A stretch of 40,734 nt of DNA from a virus (taxonomy: Duplodnaviria > Heunggongvirae > Uroviricota > Caudoviricetes), in the IMG/VR virus record IMGVR_UViG_2718217785_000001, one strand, 5' to 3'. Below the pieces are notes generated by a model, which saw only the letters and a list, made by a program, of their open reading frames with translations, was not told the origin of the DNA and did not search any database. This document shows positions 9,599 through 19,096 of this stretch, one piece after another; within the stretch, counting starts at the first letter, position 1, and every line of letters starts with the position of its first letter. The translations under genes were made by a program, and so were the position numbers.

Positions 9599-10900
9599 TC
9601 AGATGAGGTCTGCGGTTAGCGTATCGTCGGATACGTCGTCGAAATCATTTATAGGGTTGATATTGAGTGCGGGGCGTGGGTCTGACTCGGGAACGACGGT
9701 GGGTTTACCATCAGCTCGTGTTATCAGTGCCTCGACTTTTGACCAACGGCGCGGACTGGCCTTTTTGATAAGTTTTTCGGCTTTTGTGGGGCTAATAAGT
9801 TTAAAGTCGAATACTTCTTCAGTTTTGTACCTGAACTGGTCCTTCAGAAGTGCGCGAGCTGCCTCTTCATCACTCCAGGCCCGGTTACCTTGTTTTCCTG
9901 TTACCAGTTTAAACCCCGGTACCGGATGTCCGGCATTGAGTTCATTGTGAACCCGGTCTCGTACTGCCTTTAGCCAGGATTCAATAAAGTCGGCCTGGCT
10001 ATAGATCTCCGCAAGCTGCTCAATGGTTAACAGAGGTACACGTGCGCTGGCATTGGTGATTATTTCGCTGACAGGCTTTGTCAGATCTTCAAAATCGCTG
10101 GCCGCTGTTTGTAAATGCTGCATTTTCTGGGCAGTGCAAATAGCTTTTGCTTTACAGAAGCGGCACTGTTTTTCTCCAGGTATGAAGTTTTCCAGCGGTA
10201 GTGTCTCAATGCCTTCGCATTCAGCAATATTGAGAACAAGGATCGCACTGGTTGCGGCCTCCTGTGCCCGTTCACCGAAAGACTGAAGTTCCTGTACGGT
10301 TAACGACCATTCTGAAACGTGGTTGAGCCTTGGCTGGTGAATAAATAATCTTACAGTCTCAAAGTCATACAGCATGCTGAATTGTTCGAGTGCACCCAGG
10401 GCATACAGTTGTAGTTGCTCATTTTGTTCTGCATCAATGCGGACGCCTTTGCCATATTTCAGGTCGTGGATTTGTAATTCGTTACCAGCGATGATTATGC
10501 CGTCGGCAGTTCCGAAAGATTCTTCCACACCCGTTATATGTGAGAAATCAACACGTTGTTCAACCAATAGTTCATTATTCTGTGCAAGAGTCCAGACCGT
10601 ATCAACATACCGGCCAACGGCTTCGACCATTTCATCATCCACCTGTGGGCCAGATGTATCATCAGGATTTTCGCGAAGGGGGTATGAGCCGAGAAACATA
10701 GAAACATTGCATCCGGCGTAGTGTTCCGGGTGGCTTTGCCTGTTTCGTAGAACTTTTTCAGCAAGCGCGTGCGCTGCAGTGCCCTCGATTGCAAAAGTTG
10801 TTTCTTTATCCGGTTGTGTGGCCTCCAGCGCCAGACTTCCTGGGCAGCGCATCCATCGATGCGCTGATGATGGAGAAAGTTGTGCGTGAACGTCTGGCAT
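9599..10900 (-). CDS. DUF2800 / Cas4-like PD-(D/E)xK nuclease with Fe-S Cys cluster
   Basis: 433 aa; N-terminal Cys (RWMRCPGS), D-x-K motif [10 protein letters not shown]-terminal C-x2-C-x5-C ([13 protein letters not shown]). Confidence 0.75.
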   Translation of the reverse strand: MPDVHAQLSPSSAHRWMRCPGSLALEATQPDKETTFAIEGTAAHALAEKVLRNRQSHPEHYAGCNVSMFLGSYPLRENPDDTSGPQVDDEMVEAVGRYVDTVWTLAQNNELLVEQRVDFSHITGVEESFGTADGIIIAGNELQIHDLKYGKGVRIDAEQNEQLQLYALGALEQFSMLYDFETVRLFIHQPRLNHVSEWSLTVQELQSFGERAQEAATSAILVLNIAECEGIETLPLENFIPGEKQCRFCKAKAICTAQKMQHLQTAASDFEDLTKPVSEIITNASARVPLLTIEQLAEIYSQADFIESWLKAVRDRVHNELNAGHPVPGFKLVTGKQGNRAWSDEEAARALLKDQFRYKTEEVFDFKLISPTKAEKLIKKASPRRWSKVEALITRADGKPTVVPESDPRPALNINPINDFDDVSDDTLTADLI

Positions 10901-10902
10901 GA

Positions 10903-11805
10903 TTAACCCTCCAGTGCTTTTTCAGCCAGGGTGATTACTTCAGCGAGATTTTCATCCGTTACTTCACCAAGTTTCCTGGCTCCCTGTTTTTCCAGAATTG
11001 CAATAGCTTCTGCCCGGTAGCCCCCTTTTGCTAACTGGAGGATCAACCCTTCAGCTTGTTTGCGTAGTGCCGCGAAATCAATTGTATGGTCATCTTTGGC
11101 GTCATGATTCTGGCTGGAATTTGCTGCGTCTCTGCGTGCAAATTCTTCCTGCAGCTGAAGGTACTCAACACGGTTGATCTCGATATGGCCTTTTTTAAGC
11201 ATCTCGTTCAACTTGCGTAAGGTGTGGAGTTCACTGGCTGCTGTGCCGGATACATTTTTGACGTAAAACGGCCCCGTGCGTTCTCCATCTTTGTCACTGG
11301 CCTTTTTCGGCTTAACTTCATCACGCCCATCTGCAGGTGCATCAAGTAGCTGCTCGGCAAAAGCGCGTCGCTCGCCGATGGTTGGCAGGTCGTCCCAGAA
11401 CTTAAGAATGTTACGGGACAGGTCCAGGAGAGCAGGTTTAAGCAGCGCCCTGGCTCGTTTGACGCCCTGCAATGCGCTGTCGAGAGCATCAATCTGAACT
11501 ACTCGTTTATCGCCTTCAGCATCACGGTAGGCAACAGCACGTTGCAGCATATCTTCTGTGATAGGGGTGGCTACCGGGTAGAAACCAGCCAGTGCGATAA
11601 CGTCGCTGAACTCCAGATCATCCAGTGTCATTGCCGCTGACATATTTTCAGTTTCAGTTGCTGTATCCCGACATTCCTGCACTCGTGAAATTGTGTCAGG
11701 ATGCATAACAATACCTGATGCCATTGTGCGGATAAGACGTTCAAGCAGCGCATTATGTTGTGCCAGAAGTTGATTATTAAGTTCTAGACTGGTTTCTAAA
11801 CTCAT
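10903..11805 (-). CDS. Hypothetical phage protein
   Basis: 300 aa ORF translationally coupled to neighbours in the leftward early operon. Confidence 0.55.
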   Translation of the reverse strand: MSLETSLELNNQLLAQHNALLERLIRTMASGIVMHPDTISRVQECRDTATETENMSAAMTLDDLEFSDVIALAGFYPVATPITEDMLQRAVAYRDAEGDKRVVQIDALDSALQGVKRARALLKPALLDLSRNILKFWDDLPTIGERRAFAEQLLDAPADGRDEVKPKKASDKDGERTGPFYVKNVSGTAASELHTLRKLNEMLKKGHIEINRVEYLQLQEEFARRDAANSSQNHDAKDDHTIDFAALRKQAEGLILQLAKGGYRAEAIAILEKQGARKLGEVTDENLAEVITLAEKALEG

Positions 11806-11984
11806 ACTGTGGTCCTCGCTACAAGGAGAATGAAAGTGATGATCAGACCGAGCGCAGTGGCAACGGCCAGACCGGTCATCAAATCGAAGTTTTTACGGCG
11901 ATAACGGAGAACATCGCGCCCCGTCAGTCGATGGAGGTATTCAGGTTTCATCGGTTGTATTCCTTTTTTCATATCGGGGAGCAC
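11802..11984 (-). CDS. Small membrane protein (1 TM)
   Basis: 60 aa, C-terminal hydrophobic helix, start overlaps downstream gene. Confidence 0.4.
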   Translation of the reverse strand: MLPDMKKGIQPMKPEYLHRLTGRDVLRYRRKNFDLMTGLAVATALGLIITFILLVARTTV

Positions 11985-12078
11985 GCTGTTGCGAGTGTGC
12001 TTTCAGACATAAAAAAGCCCGTCACGTGAGGCGGGCAAAGACTACACACAGCAATTACATGGAGGATTCAGAGGATTG

Positions 12079-12288
12079 TTATGGGTGAAGGACGACGGTA
12101 TCCATTCGGTTAAAACAAGTATTGGTCGCAGAACCTGTATGTTTGTTAACTAGAGTCAGGCTAACGTTATGCTGGTCGCGGTCAGCTTTTTGGGTAACCT
12201 CCATTATCCGTTTTCCACTGAATTCAATTTTGTCGCCGATAGCCAGGTCATTAACCAGTTTATATTTAGGCATCTTGTGATTCCTCAT
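12079..12288 (-). CDS. Hypothetical small protein
   Basis: 69 aa ORF first in leftward early operon. Confidence 0.4.
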   Translation of the reverse strand: MRNHKMPKYKLVNDLAIGDKIEFSGKRIMEVTQKADRDQHNVSLTLVNKHTGSATNTCFNRMDTVVLHP

Positions 12289-12544
12289 TCAGTTCACTTT
12301 GGTGGTTCGGCGGCTTCGACTTGTATTAATTAGACAGTGCTTCGCCGCACCCCAAAGGGAACTTACTGACCCGTATTGCCGACATCCTGTCCCGCCACGG
12401 TCCCGACGCATGGTTTAGAGTCGCGCCGTTCGACTTGTGGTTTAAATATCTGTGTATAGATATCTTAACTTCACGCATATAGTTAAGACCTCTAAACTCA
12501 CAAAGTCAAGTGCTGCGGTTAAGAAAAGTGAACTTTTTCGGATA

Positions 12545-12574
12545 GGTAAAGAAAAGCCCGCTTAGGAAGCGGGC
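12545..12574 (-). terminator. Intrinsic terminator downstream of repressor gene
   Basis: Perfect 8 bp stem GCCCGCTT / AAGCGGGC with 3 nt loop, followed on minus strand by TTTTCTTT. Confidence 0.55.
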
Positions 12575-12598
12575 ATGTGGTATAGAGTGAATTTACGC

Positions 12599-13291
12599 TC
12601 AGAGCAGAACGGAGTACCAAAATACTTGGCCTATAATCCTGATTTTATTAGCCTCTTGATTAAAATACTCTTCGTCTGCGTATTCATCCCTATTGAAAGA
12701 GCGTATCCGGAGTCCGCTTGGGAGACGGTACAATAGTTTGACACGAAGTAATCCGTCTTGGTCTATAGCGTACATTTGACCATCTTTTACACCTGTTTTT
12801 GATGTATCTATGCCGACGACAGCGCCATCCGGTAATACCGGTTCCATGCTGTTGCCGTGGATGCTGACACAAGCCGCACAATTTACGTCAACACCTGCTT
12901 TGCGCAACGTTGAACGGGCGAATCTTAACTTACATCCCATTCGATCTATATCAACATAAGTACCATTACCGGCAGACAGTTCAATTTCCTGATAGAACGG
13001 TATTTCCACTTCATCATCCTCTAATGGTGTTGATGAGTCCCATACAGAAAACCCCCCTTCAACTTGTGCATTAGAATGTATTTCTTTGGTATCGCTTGTT
13101 TTGCCTGAAAGTAGCCACTCTGGAGAAACGTTCAATGCTTCGGCCAGATTTATAAGATTTTTCCCGTTAGGTGTGGTGTTTCCGGATTCCCATTGTGAAA
13201 TCGTGGCTTTAGTTAGACCAATACGTTTAGCAAGCGCATCCTGCGTTAGGTGGACATTGCGACGAGCCTCGCGAATACGATCATTAATCAT
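12599..13291 (-). CDS. cI: CI-like phage repressor (N-terminal XRE HTH, C-terminal S24 LexA-like peptidase)
   Basis: HTH LTQDALAKRIGLTKATISQWESG; S24 region with catalytic Ser context GNSMEP and Lys context LRVKLL. Confidence 0.85.
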   Translation of the reverse strand: MINDRIREARRNVHLTQDALAKRIGLTKATISQWESGNTTPNGKNLINLAEALNVSPEWLLSGKTSDTKEIHSNAQVEGGFSVWDSSTPLEDDEVEIPFYQEIELSAGNGTYVDIDRMGCKLRFARSTLRKAGVDVNCAACVSIHGNSMEPVLPDGAVVGIDTSKTGVKDGQMYAIDQDGLLRVKLLYRLPSGLRIRSFNRDEYADEEYFNQEANKIRIIGQVFWYSVLL

Positions 13292-13404
13292 GGTTTTACC
13301 CTCATATAGTTTAGTTAGCTTAACTTAATCAGGGTATCGCTTTCTTGACTTATTGGTTTAGTTTTCTTAACCTCATATAACCATATATTTCCTGGGTAAC
13401 GGTT
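13292..13404. promoter_or_regulatory. Divergent immunity promoter/operator region between cI-like and cro-like genes
   Basis: 113 bp AT-rich gap between divergent repressor and Cro-like genes, with recurring TTAACT/AGTTAA half-sites. Confidence 0.45.
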
Positions 13405-13587
13405 ATGAAAAAAGCAGAAGCAATTGAGCTTGCAGGAAGTAAAGCGAAACTAGCGAGACTATTGAAGGTTTCCAAAGGCGCCGTATCTCAATGGGGGGAG
13501 GAAATCCCAGAGCTAAGAGCTCTTCAACTTGAAAAGATTTTGGAGCAAAAAAATGTAGTCAAACAAAAAGGCGTAACCCATGTCTGA
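13405..13587 (+). CDS. Cro/CII-like HTH regulator
   Basis: 60 aa, HTH (LAGSKAKLARLLKVSKGAVSQW), divergent from repressor. Confidence 0.65.
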   Translation: MKKAEAIELAGSKAKLARLLKVSKGAVSQWGEEIPELRALQLEKILEQKNVVKQKGVTHV

Positions 13588-15841
13588 TAACAAACCATGG
13601 GGAGCTACGCCCGATGAGTGGTTCCACTTCGATCTGGTGTTGGGGATGACAGACAGGCTTTTACCTGTGGTGTCCAATCCCTGTGCAGAACTGTCGCCTA
13701 ATAGCAAGCTGTCTCATAATTTCGGCAAAACCCCCAGTCGCTACAATGGCCAACGTAAGGTTGTTGGTATCCCCGACTGGGCTAACTATGTTGTTACGGA
13801 AAACGATTTTGCCCGGTGGTCGAACGAACCCGATTACGGTATTTGCGTTCGTACTGGCGACGGGGTGGTGGCTCTGGACTGCGATATCAATGACGCCGGG
13901 ATGCAGGAGATCGTACGCAATATTATCCTATCATGCCTGGGGGAACTTCCGCCACGTCGCTGGCGGGCTGACAGTCATAAATGCCTGTACCTGATTGCTG
14001 TTGATGGCGACTACCGTAAACGTGGTCACCGCCTGGAAGGCGAAAACAAACAAATAGAGCTGCTCGCTAAGGGCCAGCAGTTTGTGGCTTGTGGTACCCA
14101 TCCGGCAGGCGAACGTATTCAGTGGGACTGCGGTTTGCCCGGCGAACCTCTGAAAATTACATCTGAACAGCTCGAAAGCCTGTGGCAGCGTCTGGCGGAT
14201 AACTTACCCGTGAAAGACAGCTATACCGCAGGTGCAGGACGTCAGCGTGACCTTTCCTGTGTTGATCCTTCCGCGACAGATGATGTCGCCGACTGGCTTG
14301 ACGCGAACGGGTGGACTCTGTCAGTCAGCTCTGATGGTTCCCGCAATCTGAAACCGTTTCGGGATGAGTCAGAATACAGCAACGGTTGCAGCGAAACATC
14401 CATTAAGTATTTCCCAAAAGGGACGGGGGGATTTGAACAGGGACATTTTAAAAGCATGCACAACACCGATGCGGGGCTTACTGATGCCGACTGGCTGGAA
14501 GGCTACGGCTATACGCAATCCCTGTTCGAAGATCTCACGGTGGTTGAAGATGGCGATAAGCCTGAATTTACCGATATTAATACAGATATGACAGCTCATT
14601 TTCTGGAACGCTTTATCTACGTTATCGAGGGTGACCAGGTATGTGATCTTAGCCGACCGCCATATCAGTGCATGATGGATATGAAGTCGTTCAAAAACCT
14701 GATGGCGCCTTACCAGTTCCCGCCAGAAGGGAAAGGGCAACCAACTCCCGCAACCAAACGGTGGATAGAGCATCGGCATAAGAAGATTGCTGAGACGACA
14801 GGCTATAAGCCCGGTGCGGGACGTATTATCGAGCGTTTCGACGGGCGGTTTGAGATAAACGAATTTTATATGCCTGAGCATCCACGTACAGCGGATACAA
14901 GTAAGGTGTCCACGTTCCTTAATCATATGGCGTATCTGGTACCTGATGCCTGGCAGCGCGAGTTTTTCATCGCCCGTCTGGGGTGGATGGTTCAGCGTCC
15001 GGAGCGTCGATGCCCGATTTCTATTCTGCATGTGGCTACCGCACATGGTACGGGCAGAGGATGGGTCAGTCAGTTAATGGAGCGCGTGCTTGGCCCGTGG
15101 AACTGTGCTCGTACTCGCATGAAGATCCTGTGCGATAACCAGTTCCATGACTATCTGTACAATACGCTTCTATGCACCATTGACGAGGTGCGCGAAAATG
15201 ATAAGCGGTATGAGGTGAACGATAAGATCCGTGACGTGCTGACAGAACCACGGTTTGAAGTGAACCGCAAATATGGCAGCAAAAAAACGATGGATATATA
15301 CACCGGCTTTCTGTTCTACACCAACCACTTTGATGCGCTGGCGCTGCCAGAGGAAGACCGACGTATAGCTGTGCTGGGGGGCCCTGACTTCGCCGCAACT
15401 GAAGAGCATTACGCCAGCCTGTACGGTGCGCTAAGCGACAGCGACTTTATCGCCCAGGTGTACTGGTATCTAATGGGCGTTGACCTGTCTCGCTTTAACT
15501 GGCAGCGCGCCCCCGAGACGAAAGAACGCCTTCTGATGATTGAAAGCAATAAGAGCGATGTGGAGGCTGCTCTTATTGAAATCCTGGATAATCCGCCTGT
15601 GCCAGCAATGACTTATCAACAAATTGTTAACGCAATACTGGCAGAAGCAGGAATGGATGTAGAAATTAACCAGAAGCATATTACTCGCATTTTGAAAGAA
15701 AGAACAAAACGTGAAGCAGTGAAACTAAAAGTGGACGGCATGACTGTTCGCATGTGGATGCTTGCAAAAAATTGCGACTTCAATAATGAGGAATTGCGTG
15801 AAATATATAAAACATGCGAAATTTTGCAATCTGGATTGTAA
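13580..15841 (+). CDS. DNA primase/helicase-like replication protein (prim-pol-like N-terminus, D5-like C-terminal region)
   Basis: 753 aa; acidic motif VVALDCDINDAG in N-terminal part; large C-terminal region of D5/P4-alpha type by position and size. Confidence 0.6.
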   Translation: MSDNKPWGATPDEWFHFDLVLGMTDRLLPVVSNPCAELSPNSKLSHNFGKTPSRYNGQRKVVGIPDWANYVVTENDFARWSNEPDYGICVRTGDGVVALDCDINDAGMQEIVRNIILSCLGELPPRRWRADSHKCLYLIAVDGDYRKRGHRLEGENKQIELLAKGQQFVACGTHPAGERIQWDCGLPGEPLKITSEQLESLWQRLADNLPVKDSYTAGAGRQRDLSCVDPSATDDVADWLDANGWTLSVSSDGSRNLKPFRDESEYSNGCSETSIKYFPKGTGGFEQGHFKSMHNTDAGLTDADWLEGYGYTQSLFEDLTVVEDGDKPEFTDINTDMTAHFLERFIYVIEGDQVCDLSRPPYQCMMDMKSFKNLMAPYQFPPEGKGQPTPATKRWIEHRHKKIAETTGYKPGAGRIIERFDGRFEINEFYMPEHPRTADTSKVSTFLNHMAYLVPDAWQREFFIARLGWMVQRPERRCPISILHVATAHGTGRGWVSQLMERVLGPWNCARTRMKILCDNQFHDYLYNTLLCTIDEVRENDKRYEVNDKIRDVLTEPRFEVNRKYGSKKTMDIYTGFLFYTNHFDALALPEEDRRIAVLGGPDFAATEEHYASLYGALSDSDFIAQVYWYLMGVDLSRFNWQRAPETKERLLMIESNKSDVEAALIEILDNPPVPAMTYQQIVNAILAEAGMDVEINQKHITRILKERTKREAVKLKVDGMTVRMWMLAKNCDFNNEELREIYKTCEILQSGL

Positions 15842-16140
15842 AAAGGTGGCAGCAAGGTGGCAGATAAACGACTAACTGCCACCTTAAAAAGTGCATATAA
15901 ATCAATTTGATACTGTAAAAAGGTGGCAGGTGGCAGTAGAATTTAAATTATATACGCGAGAACTTATATTTTATGTATTATGCGATCTCTTATATATATA
16001 TATATAACTAAAACTATCTGCCACCTGCCACCAAAATAGCCCGGAGCCTTACGTGGCGTGCGTTTCAGGAGGTGGCAGATAGCTATTTAACTGCCACCTA
16101 ACTGCCACCCGGAAATTAACTTGAAAAAATTAGCAAATAA
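15842..16140. repeat. Iteron array: 10 copies of GGTGGCAG (5 per strand) flanking an AT-rich (TA)8 tract; candidate replication origin or activator-binding site
   Basis: Motif counted directly at about 15845, 15857, 15880, 15922, 15929, 16017, 16024, 16068, 16090, 16100. Confidence 0.7.
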
Positions 16141-16158
16141 CTAAATGAGGATACGACG

Positions 16159-16449
16159 ATGTCAAAGATATTCCGCCAATGTATGCCTTACGGTATCCGC
16201 AAAACAGCTGAGGGGGCTTGGGAAGCATTCAACAGAGACTACCAGCCCTTAGGGGAGGCTTTTTTCTTCAAAAGAGCACTAACGCAGGCCACTCGAGATG
16301 TGTTGGCGCCACCGCCGGTAACTCAGCGCGACGACTGTGTATGGCTGTATAGCGATATCGAGCACCCGATGCACTCTGAGGCTTACTGGAAAGCGTATTG
16401 CCAGCGGCTTAAACATCTTTCTAACCTCAAAATGAAAGATGAACGGTAA
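16159..16449 (+). CDS. Hypothetical protein
   Basis: 96 aa ORF with upstream RBS GAGG. Confidence 0.5.
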   Translation: MSKIFRQCMPYGIRKTAEGAWEAFNRDYQPLGEAFFFKRALTQATRDVLAPPPVTQRDDCVWLYSDIEHPMHSEAYWKAYCQRLKHLSNLKMKDER

Positions 16450-16474
16450 GTAGCAAAACGTAGAGGTCAGAGCT

Positions 16475-16897
16475 ATGCGTAATATTCAACAGGTTTTAGA
16501 GCGCTGGGGGGGCTGGGCAGCGAGTGAAGGTGGTAGCGTCTACTTTCCTCCTGTTGCAGCCGGGTTTAAGAATCTGCTACCCGCGACGCAGTCTGGAAGG
16601 CTGAAATGCAGTGACAATGACGGTCTTATCATCAACTCCGCTATGAGCTGCCTGAAGAAAAAAGATCCGTATCTGTGCACGCTCCTTGAGTGGCATTACG
16701 TCCAGGCCATGCCCGTGCGGGCGATGGGTGAGAAGCTCGGCGTATCTCACACCCACGTTCTGAAGAGGCTTCAGGCGGCAGAGGGATTTATTGACGGTTG
16801 CTTAGCCATGCTGGATGTGGTGCTCGAAATGGATCAGTCGGTTCAGTCAAAGCCTCAGGCTATCAGGACTTTGCGTAGGAGCTGCTCGGCGGCATAA
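16475..16897 (+). CDS. Q: Late-gene antiterminator Q (DLP12 QuuD-like family)
   Basis: N-terminal VLERWGGWAA...AAGFK and Cys-containing core resemble recalled QuuD-type Q proteins; sits upstream of lysis genes. Confidence 0.75.
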   Translation: MRNIQQVLERWGGWAASEGGSVYFPPVAAGFKNLLPATQSGRLKCSDNDGLIINSAMSCLKKKDPYLCTLLEWHYVQAMPVRAMGEKLGVSHTHVLKRLQAAEGFIDGCLAMLDVVLEMDQSVQSKPQAIRTLRRSCSAA

Positions 16898-16928
16898 TAT
16901 CCAGCAATCAATCACGTAAGGGAACCAG

Positions 16929-17270
16929 ATGGCTCTGATCAGCGTTCGCAACAGATTTGAAAGCTTCATGGAACAGAGGTACCCAGACCTGTCGTTGCAG
17001 GTCAAGGGTAATATTGGCGCATCAATGAAGGCTCAACTTGGCATCAGGATTGAACGAGAATTGTACAGTGAAGATGTTACTTACTGTGATTCAGCAGTTC
17101 AGTTGATGTGGACACTCTTTCAGGCAGGTGTTCTGGCCGAACGAAGAGCTACCAGCGTTACGCTTCCTGCGCTGAAGGCAAAGCCGGATAGCTTCTACGA
17201 TGCGGGTTATAACGAAGGTATTCAGGACTGTCGTAAACATCTGACGGCATCAGGCATCAAGGTAAGATAA
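16929..17270 (+). CDS. Hypothetical protein
   Basis: 113 aa ORF between Q and late leader; followed by strong terminator. Confidence 0.5.
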   Translation: MALISVRNRFESFMEQRYPDLSLQVKGNIGASMKAQLGIRIERELYSEDVTYCDSAVQLMWTLFQAGVLAERRATSVTLPALKAKPDSFYDAGYNEGIQDCRKHLTASGIKVR

Positions 17271-17335
17271 AAAATAGTTGTGGAATTCCAAAAAGCCGAT
17301 TAGCCTGATATCTGTTGAAAACAGTTCATCACGAA

Positions 17336-17362
17336 GAGGCTCCCGCAAGGGGGCCTTTTTTA
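17336..17362 (+). terminator. Intrinsic terminator (GNRA-loop hairpin plus U-tract)
   Basis: AGGCTCCC-GCAA-GGGGGCCT stem-loop (one G-U pair) followed by TTTTTT. Confidence 0.6.
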
Positions 17363-17591
17363 ATGCGCTATTCTCAGTAAAAGTTAATAAAACAGGGTTT
17401 TCGTCGCGAAAAAACGCTATGCAGTTTTTGCCCTTTTTTATGCACCTTTTATTCACTCGAATTTCGTCATTCTGGACCACTTAAGTTGATTAAATAGGCC
17501 TTTCATCGCAAATCTATTGCGAGCGGGGATCGTGTGGTTCCTATAACGTACATTATGTTAAATAACTTCCTTTTTTAACAAATTTAACAAG

Positions 17592-17614
17592 GTTCGCTAT
17601 GGCGAACTTTTTTT
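17592..17614 (+). terminator. Intrinsic terminator in late leader (tR'-like)
   Basis: GTTCGC-TATG-GCGAAC hairpin followed by TTTTTTT. Confidence 0.55.
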
Positions 17615-17715
17615 GTATTCAGGGCCCACCGAAGGACGGCTCATAACCCAATCCTGCGGGCGTATACGCAGGGCCCGCCTTTCAACAACACCCCGTAATG
17701 GCGGAGGTGGGAAGT

Positions 17716-18057
17716 ATGAAAATGCACAATGCTCCTCATTCCTGGCCTGACTTACTGGAACTCTTACAAAGTTGGTGGCGTGGAGATACGCCGTTGGGCG
17801 CAGTGGTTATGTCAATTGTTATGGCTGGCTTGCGCATTGCCTATTTTGGCGGTGGCGGCGGCTGGAAACGAAAAACGCTTGAGATTTTGCTCTGTGGTGC
17901 TCTGACGCTGACCTTTGCATCCGCTCTTGAGTATGTTGGATGGCCTAAATCTCTTTCTGTTGCCATTGGTGGTGGTGTTGGGCTGATCGGTGTCGATGCT
18001 ATTCGTGGGGCTGCAATGCGAGTAATCGGTAACAAGTTTGGTGGCTCTAAGGAGTAA
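17716..18057 (+). CDS. Holin (class I, dual-start MKM motif); ORF could begin at 17698
   Basis: Hydrophobic TM segments, RBS GGAGGTGGG before ATG-AAA-ATG, immediately upstream of endolysin. Confidence 0.7.
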   Translation: MKMHNAPHSWPDLLELLQSWWRGDTPLGAVVMSIVMAGLRIAYFGGGGGWKRKTLEILLCGALTLTFASALEYVGWPKSLSVAIGGGVGLIGVDAIRGAAMRVIGNKFGGSKE

Positions 18058-18060
18058 TTC

Positions 18061-18537
18061 ATGCAGACACTAAATTCCCAACGTAAAGCTTTCCTGGATA
18101 TGGTGGCATGGTCAGAAGGAACGGATAACGGGCGACAACCGACACGTAATCACGGTTATGACGTTATCGTCGGAGGTGAGTTGTTCACTGATTACTCCGA
18201 TCACCCTCGCAAACTTGTCACTCTAAACCCGAAGCTTAAATCAACAGCCGCAGGCCGGTATCAGCTTCTTTCACGCTGGTGGGATGCCTACCGCAAGCAG
18301 CTTGGCCTGAAAGATTTTTCGCCAGAAAGTCAGGACGCTGTGGCATTGCAGCAGATTAAAGAGCGTGGCGCTTTACCGATGATTGATCGCGGTGATATCC
18401 GTCAGGCTATCGATCGTTGCAGCAATATCTGGGCGTCGTTACCTGGTGCAGGTTATGGTCAGTATGAACATAAAATCAGTGACCTGATTTCCCGGTTTAA
18501 AGAGGCTGGTGGGGTGGTAAATGAAGTTGAGCTATAA
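18061..18537 (+). CDS. R: Endolysin, lambda R-type lytic transglycosylase
   Basis: 158 aa, near-identical over long stretches to lambda R as recalled (QRKAFLDM, AWSEGTDNGRQ, TRNHGYDVIVGGELFTDYSDHPRKLVTLNPKLKST). Confidence 0.9.
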   Translation: MQTLNSQRKAFLDMVAWSEGTDNGRQPTRNHGYDVIVGGELFTDYSDHPRKLVTLNPKLKSTAAGRYQLLSRWWDAYRKQLGLKDFSPESQDAVALQQIKERGALPMIDRGDIRQAIDRCSNIWASLPGAGYGQYEHKISDLISRFKEAGGVVNEVEL

Positions 18538-18913
18538 GCTGGTTATCGCTGCATTCTTCTTTACTGTCATCGGTTCTTTCATCTGGTCTGCCAACCACTA
18601 CTACAGCAAATATCAGCACGAAAAGAAACGTGCTGATGAGGCTGTACAAAATGCCAAATCGGCAACTGTCATTACCAATAACGTCCTGCAATCACTGCAA
18701 ATCGTCAATACAGTTCTGGAGGCTAACCAGCATGCAAAACAGCAGATCACACTGGAGTCACAGAGAACCCAGGAAGATATCAAAGTGGCTGTTGCGGATG
18801 ATGATTGTGCTTCACGTCCTGTGCCTGCTGCCGCTGCTGACCGGTTGCGGAAGTACGCGAACAGTTTACGTGCCTATTCCGGCGGTACCGTTGCCAGCAA
18901 GCCTGACTACTGA
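18521..18913 (+). CDS. i-spanin (Rz-like)
   Basis: N-terminal TM helix, charged coiled-coil-like periplasmic part, overlaps endolysin 3' end. Confidence 0.65.
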   Translation: MKLSYKLVIAAFFFTVIGSFIWSANHYYSKYQHEKKRADEAVQNAKSATVITNNVLQSLQIVNTVLEANQHAKQQITLESQRTQEDIKVAVADDDCASRPVPAAAADRLRKYANSLRAYSGGTVASKPDY

Positions 18914-19070
18914 AACTCCCCAGCCAGTTATTCCCGATCCTCTGACCTATGGGGCCAGCCTGGATCTGAATGTGAGCCTGCTTTCGGCGTTGGGACAATG
19001 CAATATTGACAAAGCGGGGATTAGAAGTATCGAGATGCGCCGTAACGCTTTGCTGGCAGCAGTCAAATAG
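18798..19070 (+). CDS. o-spanin (Rz1-like lipoprotein), overlapping the i-spanin in another frame
   Basis: Lipobox LLTGC after signal peptide, Pro-rich mature part, begins inside the i-spanin gene. Confidence 0.6.
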   Translation: MMIVLHVLCLLPLLTGCGSTRTVYVPIPAVPLPASLTTETPQPVIPDPLTYGASLDLNVSLLSALGQCNIDKAGIRSIEMRRNALLAAVK

Positions 19071-19096
19071 TCCGGACAAAGAACAGGAATATATTT

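Noticed and set aside
15842-16140. Short repeated GGTGGCAG units considered as a possible CRISPR array
   Set aside because: Repeats are only 8 bp, occur on both strands with irregular spacing and tandem doublets, and have no spacer-like unique units or cas genes; they fit iterons or operator arrays
17271-17697. tRNA gene in the Q-lysis leader or near the integrase
   Set aside because: No cloverleaf-compatible sequence with a GTTCGAATCC-like T-arm was seen; hairpins present are better explained as terminators
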